63,284 nucleotides of DNA, from NCBI GenBank assembly GCA_030264375.1, contig JASCQW010000112.1, forward strand, positions 27,749,105 to 27,812,388. Reading direction: 5' to 3'. This document shows positions 38,312-50,690 of the stretch, piece by piece. The notes below the pieces were generated by a model. It searched no databases. It was not told where the DNA came from and was given only the letters and a program-made list of their open reading frames with translations. Both the position numbers and the translations under genes were made by a program. Position 1 is the stretch's first letter, and each line of letters opens with the position of its first letter. This DNA is from Carcharhinus longimanus. Taxonomy: Eukaryota.

Positions 38312-38909
38312 TTGTATGTATATAGGATAACACTTGGTTCTGAATAATTAATCAATACTTACCATTTTATAGAAGAATAATAGCTAGAGACAGGTTTTGG
38401 AAAGCGATGGGTGGAGGGAAATCTGTACAATCAGTTGATATACAGGATTATACAGATTTCTCAGAAATCTGATAAGTCCACATTTAATTTCCTGGAACTC
38501 CAGGAGATTCGTACAAGCTTGTTGAAATCACAAAAGGCACAGATTATCACATTTAAACAAGCAGTCAGTGTTTTCAGAAGAGGTAGCATGGGGAGAAAAA
38601 AATCCTTCTCAAAGCATTTGAAATACAAAAATGAGGAAACAATACTTTAGTTCAAAACAGTCAAACCCCATTGTGAAACTGCATTCAGGTTTGGGTACCA
38701 AACCTCGTGAAAGACTCACCAAATGAGATTAGAGCTTAAAAAGTTTAAATCATGCAAAGAGTTTGCATCAACTTAATTTACAAATATCACCTGTACTTCC
38801 TTGAGTTCTGAGGAATGATTTAATCAAAGCATTTAAATGATAAAATGATTTAATAGAGTTGATACAGCAAAATTGCTTCTTCTAGTGATGCCAACAGGTT
38901 CAATTCCCG

Positions 38910-39270
38910 TACTGGCAATGTCACTGGACCAGTAATCCAGAAGTCCAGGCTGAAGTTCTGGAAAGATGGGATTAAGTCTCACAATGGAAGCCTGTAGAAT
39001 TTAAATTCAATGAATAAATCTGAAATATAAAGCTAGTCTCAGTGACCTAGACAAATATATCAATTTCTCTAAATATCTATCTGGTTCGCTAATATCTTTT
39101 AGGGAAGGAAATCTGACATTCTTACCTGACCTGGCCTACATGTGACTCCAGACCCATAGCAATATGGTTGACTCTTAACTGCCCTCTGAAATAGCCAAGC
39201 AAGCACCAGGTTCAAAGGTAATTAAAGATGGTCTTGATGGTTATGCCCACATTCCAAGGAAGAATTTTAA
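38910..39270 (+). mobile_element. tRNA-derived SINE (second family)
   Basis: Homologous to 10013-10490. Confidence 0.7.
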
Positions 39271-40151
39271 AAAAGGAACCCCGAACAAGGGAGCAAAATT
39301 TTAAAATTAGAGCTATTAATAAGGGTGAAATCAGGAAGTACACAAAGCGTATGCGAAATCTGGAACTTTTCCCCTGAAAAGGTTGTGGATGTGAGTGAAC
39401 TGAAACTTTCAAGACTGAAAATTATTTTATTTTAGGTGAGATTCAGGTGAAATAAAGCAACAGTGGACAAATGGAACGCAGTTACAGATTGACCATGAAC
39501 TAGTGGAATAGCAGAACAGGTTCAACAGGTTGAATTGGCTTCTCTGTTCCAATGCCCAGATGTTATAAAAAAAAACTTGTAAATATTAAAAGATTAAAGG
39601 TAAGTCATCATAGTCTCAAACGATCATACGGTGCTGTAGCATTAGGGGAGGGAAGAGCAGACTGGTGGTGATTTAACCTGAGGAGCAACACACTTCAGGC
39701 AGAGGGCAACGTTGAGCAGGTGGGCCATTATGAATAACTTCAGCCAGTACAGGAATTGAACCTGTCGGCATCACTCTGAATCATTTGCCAGCTGTTCAGC
39801 CAACTGAGCTAGACTCTCAGGGCCATTTGGTGAAGCAAGGCTCAAGAGAAGTCCTAGGGAGCTGAGGTGGCAGAAGGTTGCTAGTTCCTTACTGGAAAAG
39901 GTTAGTGCTCAGAGAAGACCCACAAGTCATCTGTAGTTCAGTGCAGCAAGACACTGGAGTTCAGAGAGATCCAGGAGCAGCACCAGCTTAGCAAAGCTAG
40001 TGGTCGGCAAAAGAGCTGGAATTGTTTTGTGAGGTGAGCAGCTTTGTGAAAACCTAGGAATGCAGTTTCAGGAGAAGAGGTTGAACAATTTGGAAGTGAG
40101 CAGTTGTCAAGGCAGTCTGAGTCAGAATGGCTCAAAGGAATTTAAAGGCTA

Positions 40152-40492
40152 GAATCATAGAAACCCGACAGTGCAGAAGTTTGTCATTTGGCCCATTGAA
40201 TCTGCACGGACAATAATCCCACCTAAGGCCTATCCCCGTAACCCCACATATTTACCCCACTAATCCCTCTAACGTACATATCCTGGGATTCTAAGGGGCA
40301 ATTTAGCATGGCCAATGCACTTGACCTACACATCTTTGGACAGTGGGAGGAAACCAGGGCACCAGAAGAAACCTATGAAGACATGGGGAAAATGTGCAAA
40401 TTCCATACACTCAGTGACCCAAGCCAGGAATCGAACCCAGGTCCCTGGAGCTGTAAGGCAACAGTGCTAACCACTGTGCCACCATGCCATCC
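40152..40492 (-). mobile_element. V-SINE (HE1-like), near full length
   Basis: Reverse complement of the 6233-6558 family. Confidence 0.82.
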
Positions 40493-41107
40493 CTTAAAGT
40501 CTAGATGTTCAAAAGCATGGCATTGACATCTCTGGTGAGAAAGACAGTATTTAGCAAGGTTTTGAGATTCTCAGTGGACACTCAAGTCTTTGGAAGAGGG
40601 GTGTGTAGAGGCGGTGGGGTGGGGGTTGCTGGCTGACAAAACGATAGGATCCATCTTGGTTGCACCTGCTATTTAAGGTGCATGGTGATGTGGTGCAACC
40701 ACAGTTTGACGTTTGTATTTACCTCATTTTAATTCTGAATGTTAAAATAAAAGATAGATTGAAGGGCATTTTACTTTTCTGACTTTGTATGGTAGTTTAT
40801 TTTTTAATGTAAACTTAAGAGTTATGTCAAGAAAAACATCTCCGCTCAGTGCCTGATAATCTACAGAGCTATGTAACACAGACAAGAAGACTAATCAAAA
40901 TTAGATGGCTTGGTGGGAGAACTAATTTATTGGACACATGAGCTTTAACGTGCAATTCAAACTCCTCCTTTCCAGAAGTTTAAACAACTTATCTTAATTC
41001 CCTGCCGATTTTGCATTATGCATCAACCAGGCAGAAATGTGTGTTAATAAATGTGGATGCAAAAAATATTAGTCTCTGGGAGAAGAAAACAAGCAATACA
41101 TACAAAC

Positions 41108-41211
41108 CTGATTTCAGATATCGTTTGACAATCAATTCATTTTGCTGCTGATCTCGACCTGCTATTACAAGGTAGTTTTCGCTGCTGATGAACCACAAGA
41201 ATTTCTCAAAC
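41108..41211 (-). CDS. NEMF: NEMF exon ~17 ([34 protein letters not shown]), NFACT-R start
   Basis: tggtag/gtttgt; 104 nt. Confidence 0.97.
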
Positions 41212-43294
41212 CTACCAAAGAAAACAAACTACGGATAATTAAATACAATAAATTAAAATCTTTTCCTCTGAGGTTTCAGGTTGTTCATTATAACAGACAA
41301 ATTGGAAAGCTAATAGCAAATCTTATACACCCCAGAGCTAAAAAGATTCACTACAAATTTATAAAGATAATGTTTCAAACATAAGTATTAAATATACCTT
41401 CCAACACAAATTAGAATATCTTTAGAAATGGACAAAACCTGACATGTGCATATGCACTACTCAATTTAAAAAACATACATCTAGAATAGATCATAACTGC
41501 AATTTAAAAGTAAAAACACTGAAAAAAAATTCAATTTATGGACTTCAAATCGATGACTGGCATCTGTATTGTATCTAATCTAATAACACTGGGCTCAATT
41601 TAACAGGACTTGTCAAGGAACTTGAAGAAAGCAGCCCACAAAGATTAAGCGATTTCTGTGGTTTGGATTTCCCTTTTCCCAATGTCAGTTCGCAAATGGT
41701 GCAATGTCAAGGGGGCCTTCTGGAGTCCACCAACAACATGGTACCATTAAATAGGCTAAGCAATGAATCACATTAAGGTATGCTCACAGACAGTAAACTA
41801 CAAAGTAAAACGCAATGATATTTTGTTTTATTAAACACAAGGTGGGAATGCACACATGGGATTAATGTGGAACTTGAAATATCAAACTACGAAAAGGAAT
41901 ATCTTAAATATGTGAATTATCATAATGGAGAATTTTGATATTTCAAAAATACAAAATTAGCTTTGCAGGGCCAATGAGCTGGTTCCGCAGTGATTGTGGA
42001 CTTAGTACACAGTTATAAACCCAGCTAAACCTTATTCAATAAGATACCATCTATCCAAAGGTGTTCACAGGAAGACTAACAGCATAGAAGGTCAAGTTTT
42101 TAGTGATTGTACATCCTGAGGGAAACATAAAATCAATGATACAACTTCTAGATTTCAGTGTTTCAACGAAAGCTAACAGTTTTGCAGCCATCACAACTGC
42201 AAATTGGGCCATTCTTAACTGAATTTCAGCACATGCTATTGCAAAATATAGTCTCCCAAGTTCAATAAGAATGAAAAGATTTATTTATTCATCATAAGTT
42301 TCCCTAGAAGAAATTATGAGAAACAAAAAAAAAGTGCTACACCAGTGACATATGATTCTGTACATCATTAACTAAAAAACTGTTTCAACATTTATTGATT
42401 ATGTTACACTGCTTCACCTCAACTACATCTAGTTTAGAACAAAGAACAACACAGCACGGGAAACAGGCCCTTCAGCCCAACGAGCCCACGCCACCATTTT
42501 AACATTATGAGTGCCCTCCTCTACCCATGACCTTTGTCTACACCTACTGGGGAAGGTTGAGGGAAGACTAATTTAGGGACAATTTGTTACACCAATCAGC
42601 CTAAGAGCACATTTTTGGGTTGTGGGAGGAAACCAGAGCACCCGGAGAAAACCCACACAATCACGGGGAGAACGTGCAAACTCCCGCAGACACCGGCCCA
42701 AATCCATGTATCTGCACAGCAAACAGTGATAGTCACTGAGCTGTCATGTTGCCCGACAGATGGTCCAGTTTAAGCATACACTAACGATGTGAAGTACTGG
42801 GCAACTCTCGAAGCAACATCCAAGAGCAGGCCTCGCACGACCCACCACGTGTATGCCCNNNNNNNNNNNNNNNNNNNNNNNNNNNNNNNNNNNNNNNNNN
42901 NNNNNNNNNNNNNNNNNNNNNNNNNNNNNNNNNNNNNNNNNNNNNNNNNNNNNNNNNNCGCAAGCACGGGGAGAATGCGCAAACTCCCACAGACACCGAC
43001 CCAAATCCATGTATCTGCACAGCAAACAGTGATAGCCACTGAGCTGTCATGTTGCCCGTCAGATGGTCCAGTTTAAGCGTACATGAACAACATGAAGCAC
43101 TAGGCAACTCTGGAAGCAACAGCCAAGAGCAGCCCTCGCACGACCCATCACGTGTACGCCCCTTGTTACTCATGTACAAAAAACATCCTACAGGGATTTA
43201 GTAGTGTTGCATATGAGCAGATCATGCTTTCATTTCTCTTACCTAGGTTTGAACCTGGTCCAATTAGTCATTTGCTAGGACTGAAATTGAGTAT

Positions 43295-43927
43295 TGCTGG
43301 AAAAAAATACATTTTGTGAAAGCTTTTCATCTTGCACTCATCAGAACAATCACAAAAATACCATAAACAGGAGAAATAACTCTGTACTGTACTCGAGTGC
43401 TGATTAATTGGCAAGTGGACTCCGATTTTTAGAGGCATTGCCATGGAGCATGTCCCAGCTAATGGAAACTGACAGTTAACTGCTAAGCATTATTTGAAAA
43501 TTTAAACCAGGCAGCATGATTCTGATCAATCAAGCAGTGAACCAGAAAATAATTATTACATATTTTGATTAGCTGAAATAGGCACAATGTATGCATATGT
43601 TCTTTCTGTCTTCAAAGAACAGGACACTGCGCATTAATAAATGTAGCTTCCAGCACACGGAAATGCACACACTGTGAGGCCGACTGTCAATCTTAACTTT
43701 GTTGTCAGCGTACGTTTTAATACAGTGAGGATTATTTAGCAATTGTTGTCCAATTACAGAATTATCTCTAAAGTTGGACACGGTACTTTGCGTTTTTGGA
43801 AGCACGGGCTAGGTATACTCTGCAGCTTGCCAACTGCAAACAGCAGAAGGGACATGCTATTTGATGCAATCCACCAGTCTCTGGGACATACATCCTAAAT
43901 ACCTGGCATCACCCTGGCACTGAAATG
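43295..43927 (-). mobile_element. Penelope-like element 3' remnant (GIY-YIG endonuclease plus terminal repeat), copy 1
   Basis: Minus translation FQCQGDARYLGCMSQRLVDCIK*HVP ... LEATFINAQCPVL; hammerhead-like motif at 43314-43349. Confidence 0.75.
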
Positions 43928-44394
43928 CCTGGTTCCAACTGAAATGCTCTGAACATTGCGCAGCAACAGATTATGATGTGAATGAAAGAAATTGTAAAAA
44001 TGCTCGTGCTTAGGAGATGCAGTCCTGATCACAAAACAAATTCATTATTACACGCTTATGTCCCACTGCTGAGATAGCAGGTACTTAAGTGGGAGACAAC
44101 TTCTGTACNNNNNNNNNNNNNNNNNNNNNNNNNNNNNNNNNNNNNNNNNNNNNNNNNNNNNNNNNNNNNNNNNNNNNNNNNNNNNNNNNNNNNNNNNNNN
44201 NNNNNNNNCTCTCGAAGCAACATCCAAGAGCAGGCCTCGCACGACCCACCACGTGTATGCCCCTTGTTACTCATGTACAAAAACATCCTTCAGGGATTTA
44301 ATAGTGTTGCATATGAGCAGATCATGCTTTCATTTCTCATACCTAGGTTTGAACCTGGTCCAATTAGTCATTTGCTACTACAGAAATTGAGTAT

Positions 44395-45025
44395 TGCTGG
44401 AAAAAAATACATTTTGTTAAAGCTTTTCATCTTGCACTCATCAGGACAAAAATACCATAAACAGGAGAAATAACTATGTACTGTACTAGAGTGCTGATTA
44501 ATTGGCAAGTGGACTCTGATTTTTAGAGGTATTGCCATGGAGCATGTCCCAGTTAATGGAAACTGGCAGTTAACTACTAAGCATTATTTGAAAATTTAAA
44601 CCAGGCAGCATTGTTCTGATCGATCAAGCAGTGAACCAGAAAATGATCATTACATATTTTGATTAGCTGAGCAGGCACAATGTATACATATGTTCTTTCT
44701 GTCTTCAAAGAACAGGACACTGCGCATTAATAAATGTGGCTTCCAGCACACAGAAATGCACACACTGTGAGACCAACTGTCAATCTTAACTTCGTTGTCA
44801 GCGTACGTTTTAATACACTGAGGATTATTTAGCAACTGTTGTCTAATTACAGAATTATATCTAATGTTGGACACTGTATTTTGAGTTTTTGAAAGCACGG
44901 GCTAGGTATAGTCTACAGCTTGCCAACTGCAAACAGCAGAAGGAAGGGACATGCTGTTTGATGCAATCCACCAGTCTCAGGGACATACAGCCTAAATACG
45001 TGGCATCACACTGGCACTGAAATGC
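44395..45025 (-). mobile_element. Penelope-like element 3' remnant, copy 2
   Basis: FQCQCDATYLGCMSLRLVDCIKQHVP; hammerhead-like motif at 44412-44451. Confidence 0.75.
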
Positions 45026-45928
45026 CTGGTTCTGACTGAAATGCTCTGAACATTACACACCAACATATTATGACGTTAGTTAAAGAAATTTTAAAAATAC
45101 TAGTGCTTAGGAGGTGCAGTCCTGATCACAAAACAAATTCATTATTATACACTTATGTCCCACTACTGCAATAGCAGGTACATAAGTAGGAGTCAACTTC
45201 TGTACAAAACAAGGCAAGAATGATTAAAGCTGCAACTTATACCACTGAACCCAAGAAAATAAATGCCAGCAGGCTCAAAAATCACAGCTCTAACGTGTGA
45301 AATGTCACATTAATGCAGGGGTGGGGTGGATTGTAAGTGTTCATCATCTGAAATTGGATCAAAGGGAACTTTGTACTGAAGCAAACCTTGCTACATGTTT
45401 GATGCCAATACAAAATGCATGGAAGAGGAAACTATTCATTTCTCATCAAAATTATTCCTCATTTTTCACTGGCATATTGGCTTGATCACTTTTGTTGACT
45501 CAGTCACTGTCCTTTCCTTTGAAGATGCACCTGACCCTCCCAGTCATAGCACTGTGAAGATCAGGAAGTGGCTGTGTGGGGAAAAATACAGATGCCAACC
45601 CACATGCTCATCTTTTCAGGCACCGCAATAACCCAAAAATCCAAATATAAAACGCGATTAAACTATTACGAGTTCTTGCTTCACTTATTTTAACCACGAA
45701 TGTGAGTTAAATTTTCTTGGTTGATTTACCTAAATCCATCACTCACTCTCAGTTAATTGTTACCAGTCATGTTGGTGATATTCTAAGTCTATCTTAACCA
45801 GAACAACTTACTGTTACTCCAGCCCATTTAATAACTGAATTATCAAAATTAGTAGTGTGTAGAGGTGGATTAGTCCAATTCAATTAGAGCCCATTCTACA
45901 TGTATACAATACATACCACACAACCTAC

Positions 45929-46017
45929 CAATACACTTTTCGTGCCTTCTGAATTGTAATGACTGTCTGAACTTCTTTTAGCGTCTTTTTTGTCTTCTTT
46001 TCTGCTGATTTAAATGC
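45929..46017 (-). CDS. NEMF: NEMF exon ~16 ([29 protein letters not shown])
   Basis: tttcag/gtaggt; 89 nt. Confidence 0.96.
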
Positions 46018-46908
46018 CTGAAAGAAAAACAAATTAAGAATAAATGAATAAAAATGGATTTAAGTTAGAGATTTTTAAAAAAAGTTTTAAAAAGTGATTT
46101 AATTTAGTCACTTTGAATCTGAAATCTGCAGAACAAGTAGATATCAGATTATAATCAGTTAGAATAGTGAAACTGAAACAAAAATTCCAACCAAATGAGA
46201 TACATTCTGGAATCCTGAAGAAAATTAAAAAGATATGGATAATGTTCTGGGTAATATATCATTAAAGAGTGCCATAAACACAGAAGTGGTTCCCAAAATC
46301 AAGGGGTTATCTACGTTATCCTAATATTTAAAAAGGAGCAAGATGTTCATAAAACAATCAAGGGTGAACAAGACACCCTTAATTGAAGTCAAAATTAAAT
46401 TCTCTGGCACTAATGACATAGAGAACAAGGTTAAAAATAAAATCTCTAGTCTTAACCCCTCCTTTTTTTTATTCACAGATGAATGGGGATGCAGCATTTG
46501 AAGGCACCTTCTTGCCATACAGAAAGAAAACAAAATCAGAACTGAAATTAACACTAGGCCACTCTCATGCACTACATGGCAATCCAAAATTGGCAGAAGT
46601 TCACGGGCTAGAGCGCTAGCTCACGAACCACAAGGATCGATAGCCCAGTAAAATTTAAACCATAAAAAAGGGGAGCGAAATATAGCATTGACTTTCTAAA
46701 AGCCATGAGAGAAATTAATTGCACTGCCCCACTTCTTGCTTTTCACAGCGTTGCTACAGACACATTGAAGGAGAAATTCAATAGAAGTGTCACTACACGG
46801 GCATATGCTGATTTCCAGGTCAGGCAGCACCACAAGGCCAATACACATGCAGCTTGGGCACCATTCTTCAGTGATGACTTTTGTCTTTCAATGTAAAACA
46901 TTTCCTAC

Positions 46909-46972
46909 CTTTTCTGCAGCTTCAACTGTTTTCTTTTCCTTCATTGCTGCATTTCTTTTGTGATCGTAGTAT
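46909..46972 (-). CDS. NEMF: NEMF exon ~15 (YYDHKRNAAMKEKKTVEAAEK)
   Basis: tgcag/gtagga; 64 nt. Confidence 0.95.
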
Positions 46973-47239
46973 CTGCATCAAAATATCATTTGAAAAACAA
47001 AATGCTTAAAACATAGTTAAAACATATTAACTATCAGCTGTAATTAAATTTAGAAACAACTGGCTTTAGAATAAGTTGACCCAATTTTTGTATTTGCCCT
47101 TTTTCATTACGGGATGGCTTTTTTTATAACTGCATTCTTCAATTATTATTAACCATACGTGCAGCAATTGTGAAATCTGTTTATTTAACTACAAATTTGT
47201 AGCACAAGGTAATTCAATGGTGACATGTAGGATCAAGCT

Positions 47240-48292
47240 GATTATTTCATTTATTATTGTCTCATGCATTAGTATACAGTGAAAAGTACTGCTTCTTGCA
47301 CCCCATACAGACAAAGCATACCATCCATACCGAAGGAAAGAGAGTGCAGAATATAATGTTACAGCTAGGGTGTAGAAAAAGACCAACTTAATGCAAGGTA
47401 TGTCCATTCAAAAATCTGTTGGCAGCAGGGAAGAAGCCGTTCTTGAGTCGGTTGGTACGTGTCATCAGACTTTTGTATCTTTTTCCTAACGGAAGATGGA
47501 AGAGAGAATGTCCGGAGTGCGTGGGGTGTTTAATTTTGCTGGCTGTTTTTCCCTGGCAGTGGGAAGTGCATATAGTGTCAATTGGTGGGAGGCTAGTTTG
47601 AGTGATAGACTGTGCTTGATTCACAATCCTTGGTAGTTTCTTGCGGTCTTGGACAAAGCAAGGGCCATACAAGCTGTGATACAACTTGAAAAAATGCTTT
47701 CTATGGTGCATCTATAAAAGTTGGAGAGAGTTGTAGCAGACATGCCAAATTTCCTTGGTCTTCTGAGAAAGTAGAGGTGTTGGTGGACTTTCTTAACTAT
47801 AGTGCTGGCATGGAGAGACCAGGACAGGTTGTTGGTGATCCAGACATCTAAAAAACAACTGAAGTTTTTGACCAGTTTTACTACATCCCCTTTGACATAG
47901 ACAGGAACATGTTCTCCACTACATTCCTTTAAGTCGACGACTATGTCCTTCATTTTGTTGACATTGAGGGAGAGATTATTTGTTGTCGCACCAGTTCATC
48001 AGATTCTCTATCTCTTCCTTGTACTCCGTCTTGTCATTGTTTGAAATCAGACCCACTATGGTGGCGTCATCAGCAAACTTGAAAATTGAATCGGTGGGGA
48101 ATTTGGCCAGTCATAAGTGTATAATGAGTATAGTAAGGGACTGAGGTCACAGCCTTGTGGGGCACCAGTGTTGAGGATGATTGTGGAGGAGGTGTTATTG
48201 CCTATCCTTACTGATTGCTGTCTGTGGGTTAAGAAATTCAGAATCCAGTCACAGTGGGAGGCACCGAGCTCCAGGCCACAGAGTTTGGAAAT
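47240..48292 (-). mobile_element. Rex1/Babar-type LINE, RT domain to 3' end, decayed
   Basis: [12 protein letters not shown] and KKVHQHLYFLRRPRKFG...NFYRCTIESI motifs. Confidence 0.8.
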
Positions 48293-48894
48293 GCATTAGC
48301 TGCAGCTTGGAAACTGAGAAAGTAGTGAACATAGACTAGAGAGAAAGAAGAATAACGAGCAGGTCACCCAACCCATGCTTATGCAATTTTTAGTAAGCAA
48401 CTCAAGCATCTATGGCAGAGCCTTAACAATTTATCCCTGCTAGGAAAACTGACTGATGCATAGGAACTTTGAGGCAGAGAAAATTACATAAAATTGGGAT
48501 TTTTGGTAATTTAGTGATTATGGGACCACTTCAGAATGTATAAAATCAAACTCTACACTTCAGAAGTGTGAAATATTTAAGGTAGCAGTCCATGGTGCAT
48601 TGTTTGACAATCCTAAAAGCATGACTCAAAGTTTTATAAATTTCTTTATGCTGAAATGAAAGAGGCTAACTCACCATTAATGGTAAGATTATTCATAAAA
48701 TATTCTACGTCAGTGATGTCAACAAGAACTGATAAATTATTTAATTAGAAAATCAGATTGCCCAATTTGTTTAAATATTAGAGGCATTTTAAAATTGGAA
48801 TAAGTACAAATTCAAATCCATAACAACTGTGTTTATATTATCAATTTTGGAGTAAGTATCACAGAAAATATAGGTTTTCCAGATGAATACCTAC

Positions 48895-49083
48895 CTTTTT
48901 GCATTAGCATATGCAGACAGACCAAGATCCACATCCACCAACACTGGTTTGTTTTTTTGGATCATTTTCTTCCCCTGTTGCTTTTTGTCCTTTTTCTTCT
49001 TGCCTTTTGTTTGTTCATTCTGAACAACTTCATCCGCAGTAACGTCATCTTCCTGGTCTTCATCATCAGTTATGTATGGGTTT
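48895..49083 (-). CDS. NEMF: NEMF exon ~14 (NPYITDDED...[16 protein letters not shown])
   Basis: tgtttag/gtaggt; 189 nt. Confidence 0.95.
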
Positions 49084-49759
49084 CTAAACAGAATGCAGAA
49101 TTAAAATTATATACTATATACAGGTTCCTGACACAGACTTCACAATAATCCATTGGGCCAGCAGGTGCTGAGGAATGCCAGCATCTGCAAGTTTCCCCTC
49201 CAAGCCAATCATCCTGACTTGGATATATGTAGCTGTTCCTTCACTGATGCTGGATCAGAATCTTTGAACTTCCTTCCTAAAAGCGCCGTGGATATGCGCA
49301 AACCATACTAATTGCAGCAGTTCAATAGAGAGGTGGTTTCTCAAGGGCAATTAGAGATGGACAACAAATGATGGACTTGTCAGTAATTCTCATATCCAAT
49401 ATACAAATAAAAAAACCTACACCATCCCACTTTCCTGTCAAAATATAAGAAGCACAAGGAAACAGAAATAGCAAGGTAGGAAGAATACATCAAGATAGGA
49501 GGTCATTTTTACGGTCTCACCTGCTGCAGAAAAGACCATGGCTTTCATCTGTAAGTAACGGGTTCTTTAAAAAGGCACAACTATTTAACAAATTGCCTTG
49601 GCAGGAATAGTGACTGGGCCGGTAAACAAGCCAATAAATGTCATCAAAGCTTTGACAGAACTTTCTATCAAAGGTAGTAGGCACATGGGAACACCGCCAT
49701 CTCCAAGATACTCTCCAAGTCACACAGCATTAAGACAACTACAACAATTTACATAACGA

Positions 49760-50690
49760 AATACGCCAAACACTTGAACATTATAATATGAAGTCATTGA
49801 TCCACATAAGGAGAACTAGGCCAGAGGACTAAAAGCTTGGTCAAAAGAAGCACATTTAAAGAGTGTCTTAAAGGAAGAAAGTAAGGCAGAGATGTGTGGG
49901 GGGAGGTGGTGGTGTTTCAGAGTTTAGGGCCTAGGTACAGTAAATGGTGTAGTAATTAAAATAGACAATGCACAGCAGGGCAGAATAAAAGAGCAGTGCA
50001 GATATCTCAGAGGACTGTGGGGTCGGAGGAGATTGCAGATATAGGGAGGGGCAAGACCATGGAAGCAATTGAAAAACAAACCTGAAAATTTTAAAATCAG
50101 GACATTGCTAATGTAGCTCACGAGTACAGGGGCAAACAGAAATGGGACTTGGTGGGAGTTAAGACATGAGCAGCAGGGTTTATGATCTCAAGTTTATGGA
50201 GGGTAGAATGTGGGATCCTAACCAGGAATGCACTGGAATAGTCAAGCTTAGAAGTAGTGAAGACGTGAATGCGATTTCAGCAGCAGATGACAGGGGTGAA
50301 GTTGGGCAATAATCTGAAAATAGTGGTCTTAAAAAGGTGGAAAAAATTAGATTGGAAGCGAACCTTGGGATCAAAGACACCAAGGCTGTGAGCAATTGGT
50401 TTATTCTCAAACTGTTGAAGGAGGAGGGATGTAATCAGTAGCTAGCGAACAGTGTTTGGAGTTATGTCCAAAAATAATGACTTTATTCTTTTCATTACTT
50501 AATTGGAGGGTTTGTGTTTATCCAGTAACAGATGCTGGGTAAGCAGTCTGATAGTTCAGCAATGCTGCAAGACTTGAGAGAGGTGGTAGCAATGTCAAAC
50601 TGACTGTCATCAGTATACATGTGGAAATTAATACTGTGCCTTCATATGATATCGCCAAGAGACCACATGTAGATGAGAAAGATCCTTGGG
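49760..50690 (-). mobile_element. decayed L2-type LINE
   Basis: HGLAPPYICNLL C-terminal motif and a YTDDSQ-like RT remnant; related tails near 5880-6200, 20930-21270, 29790-30060 and 53870-54180. Confidence 0.65.
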
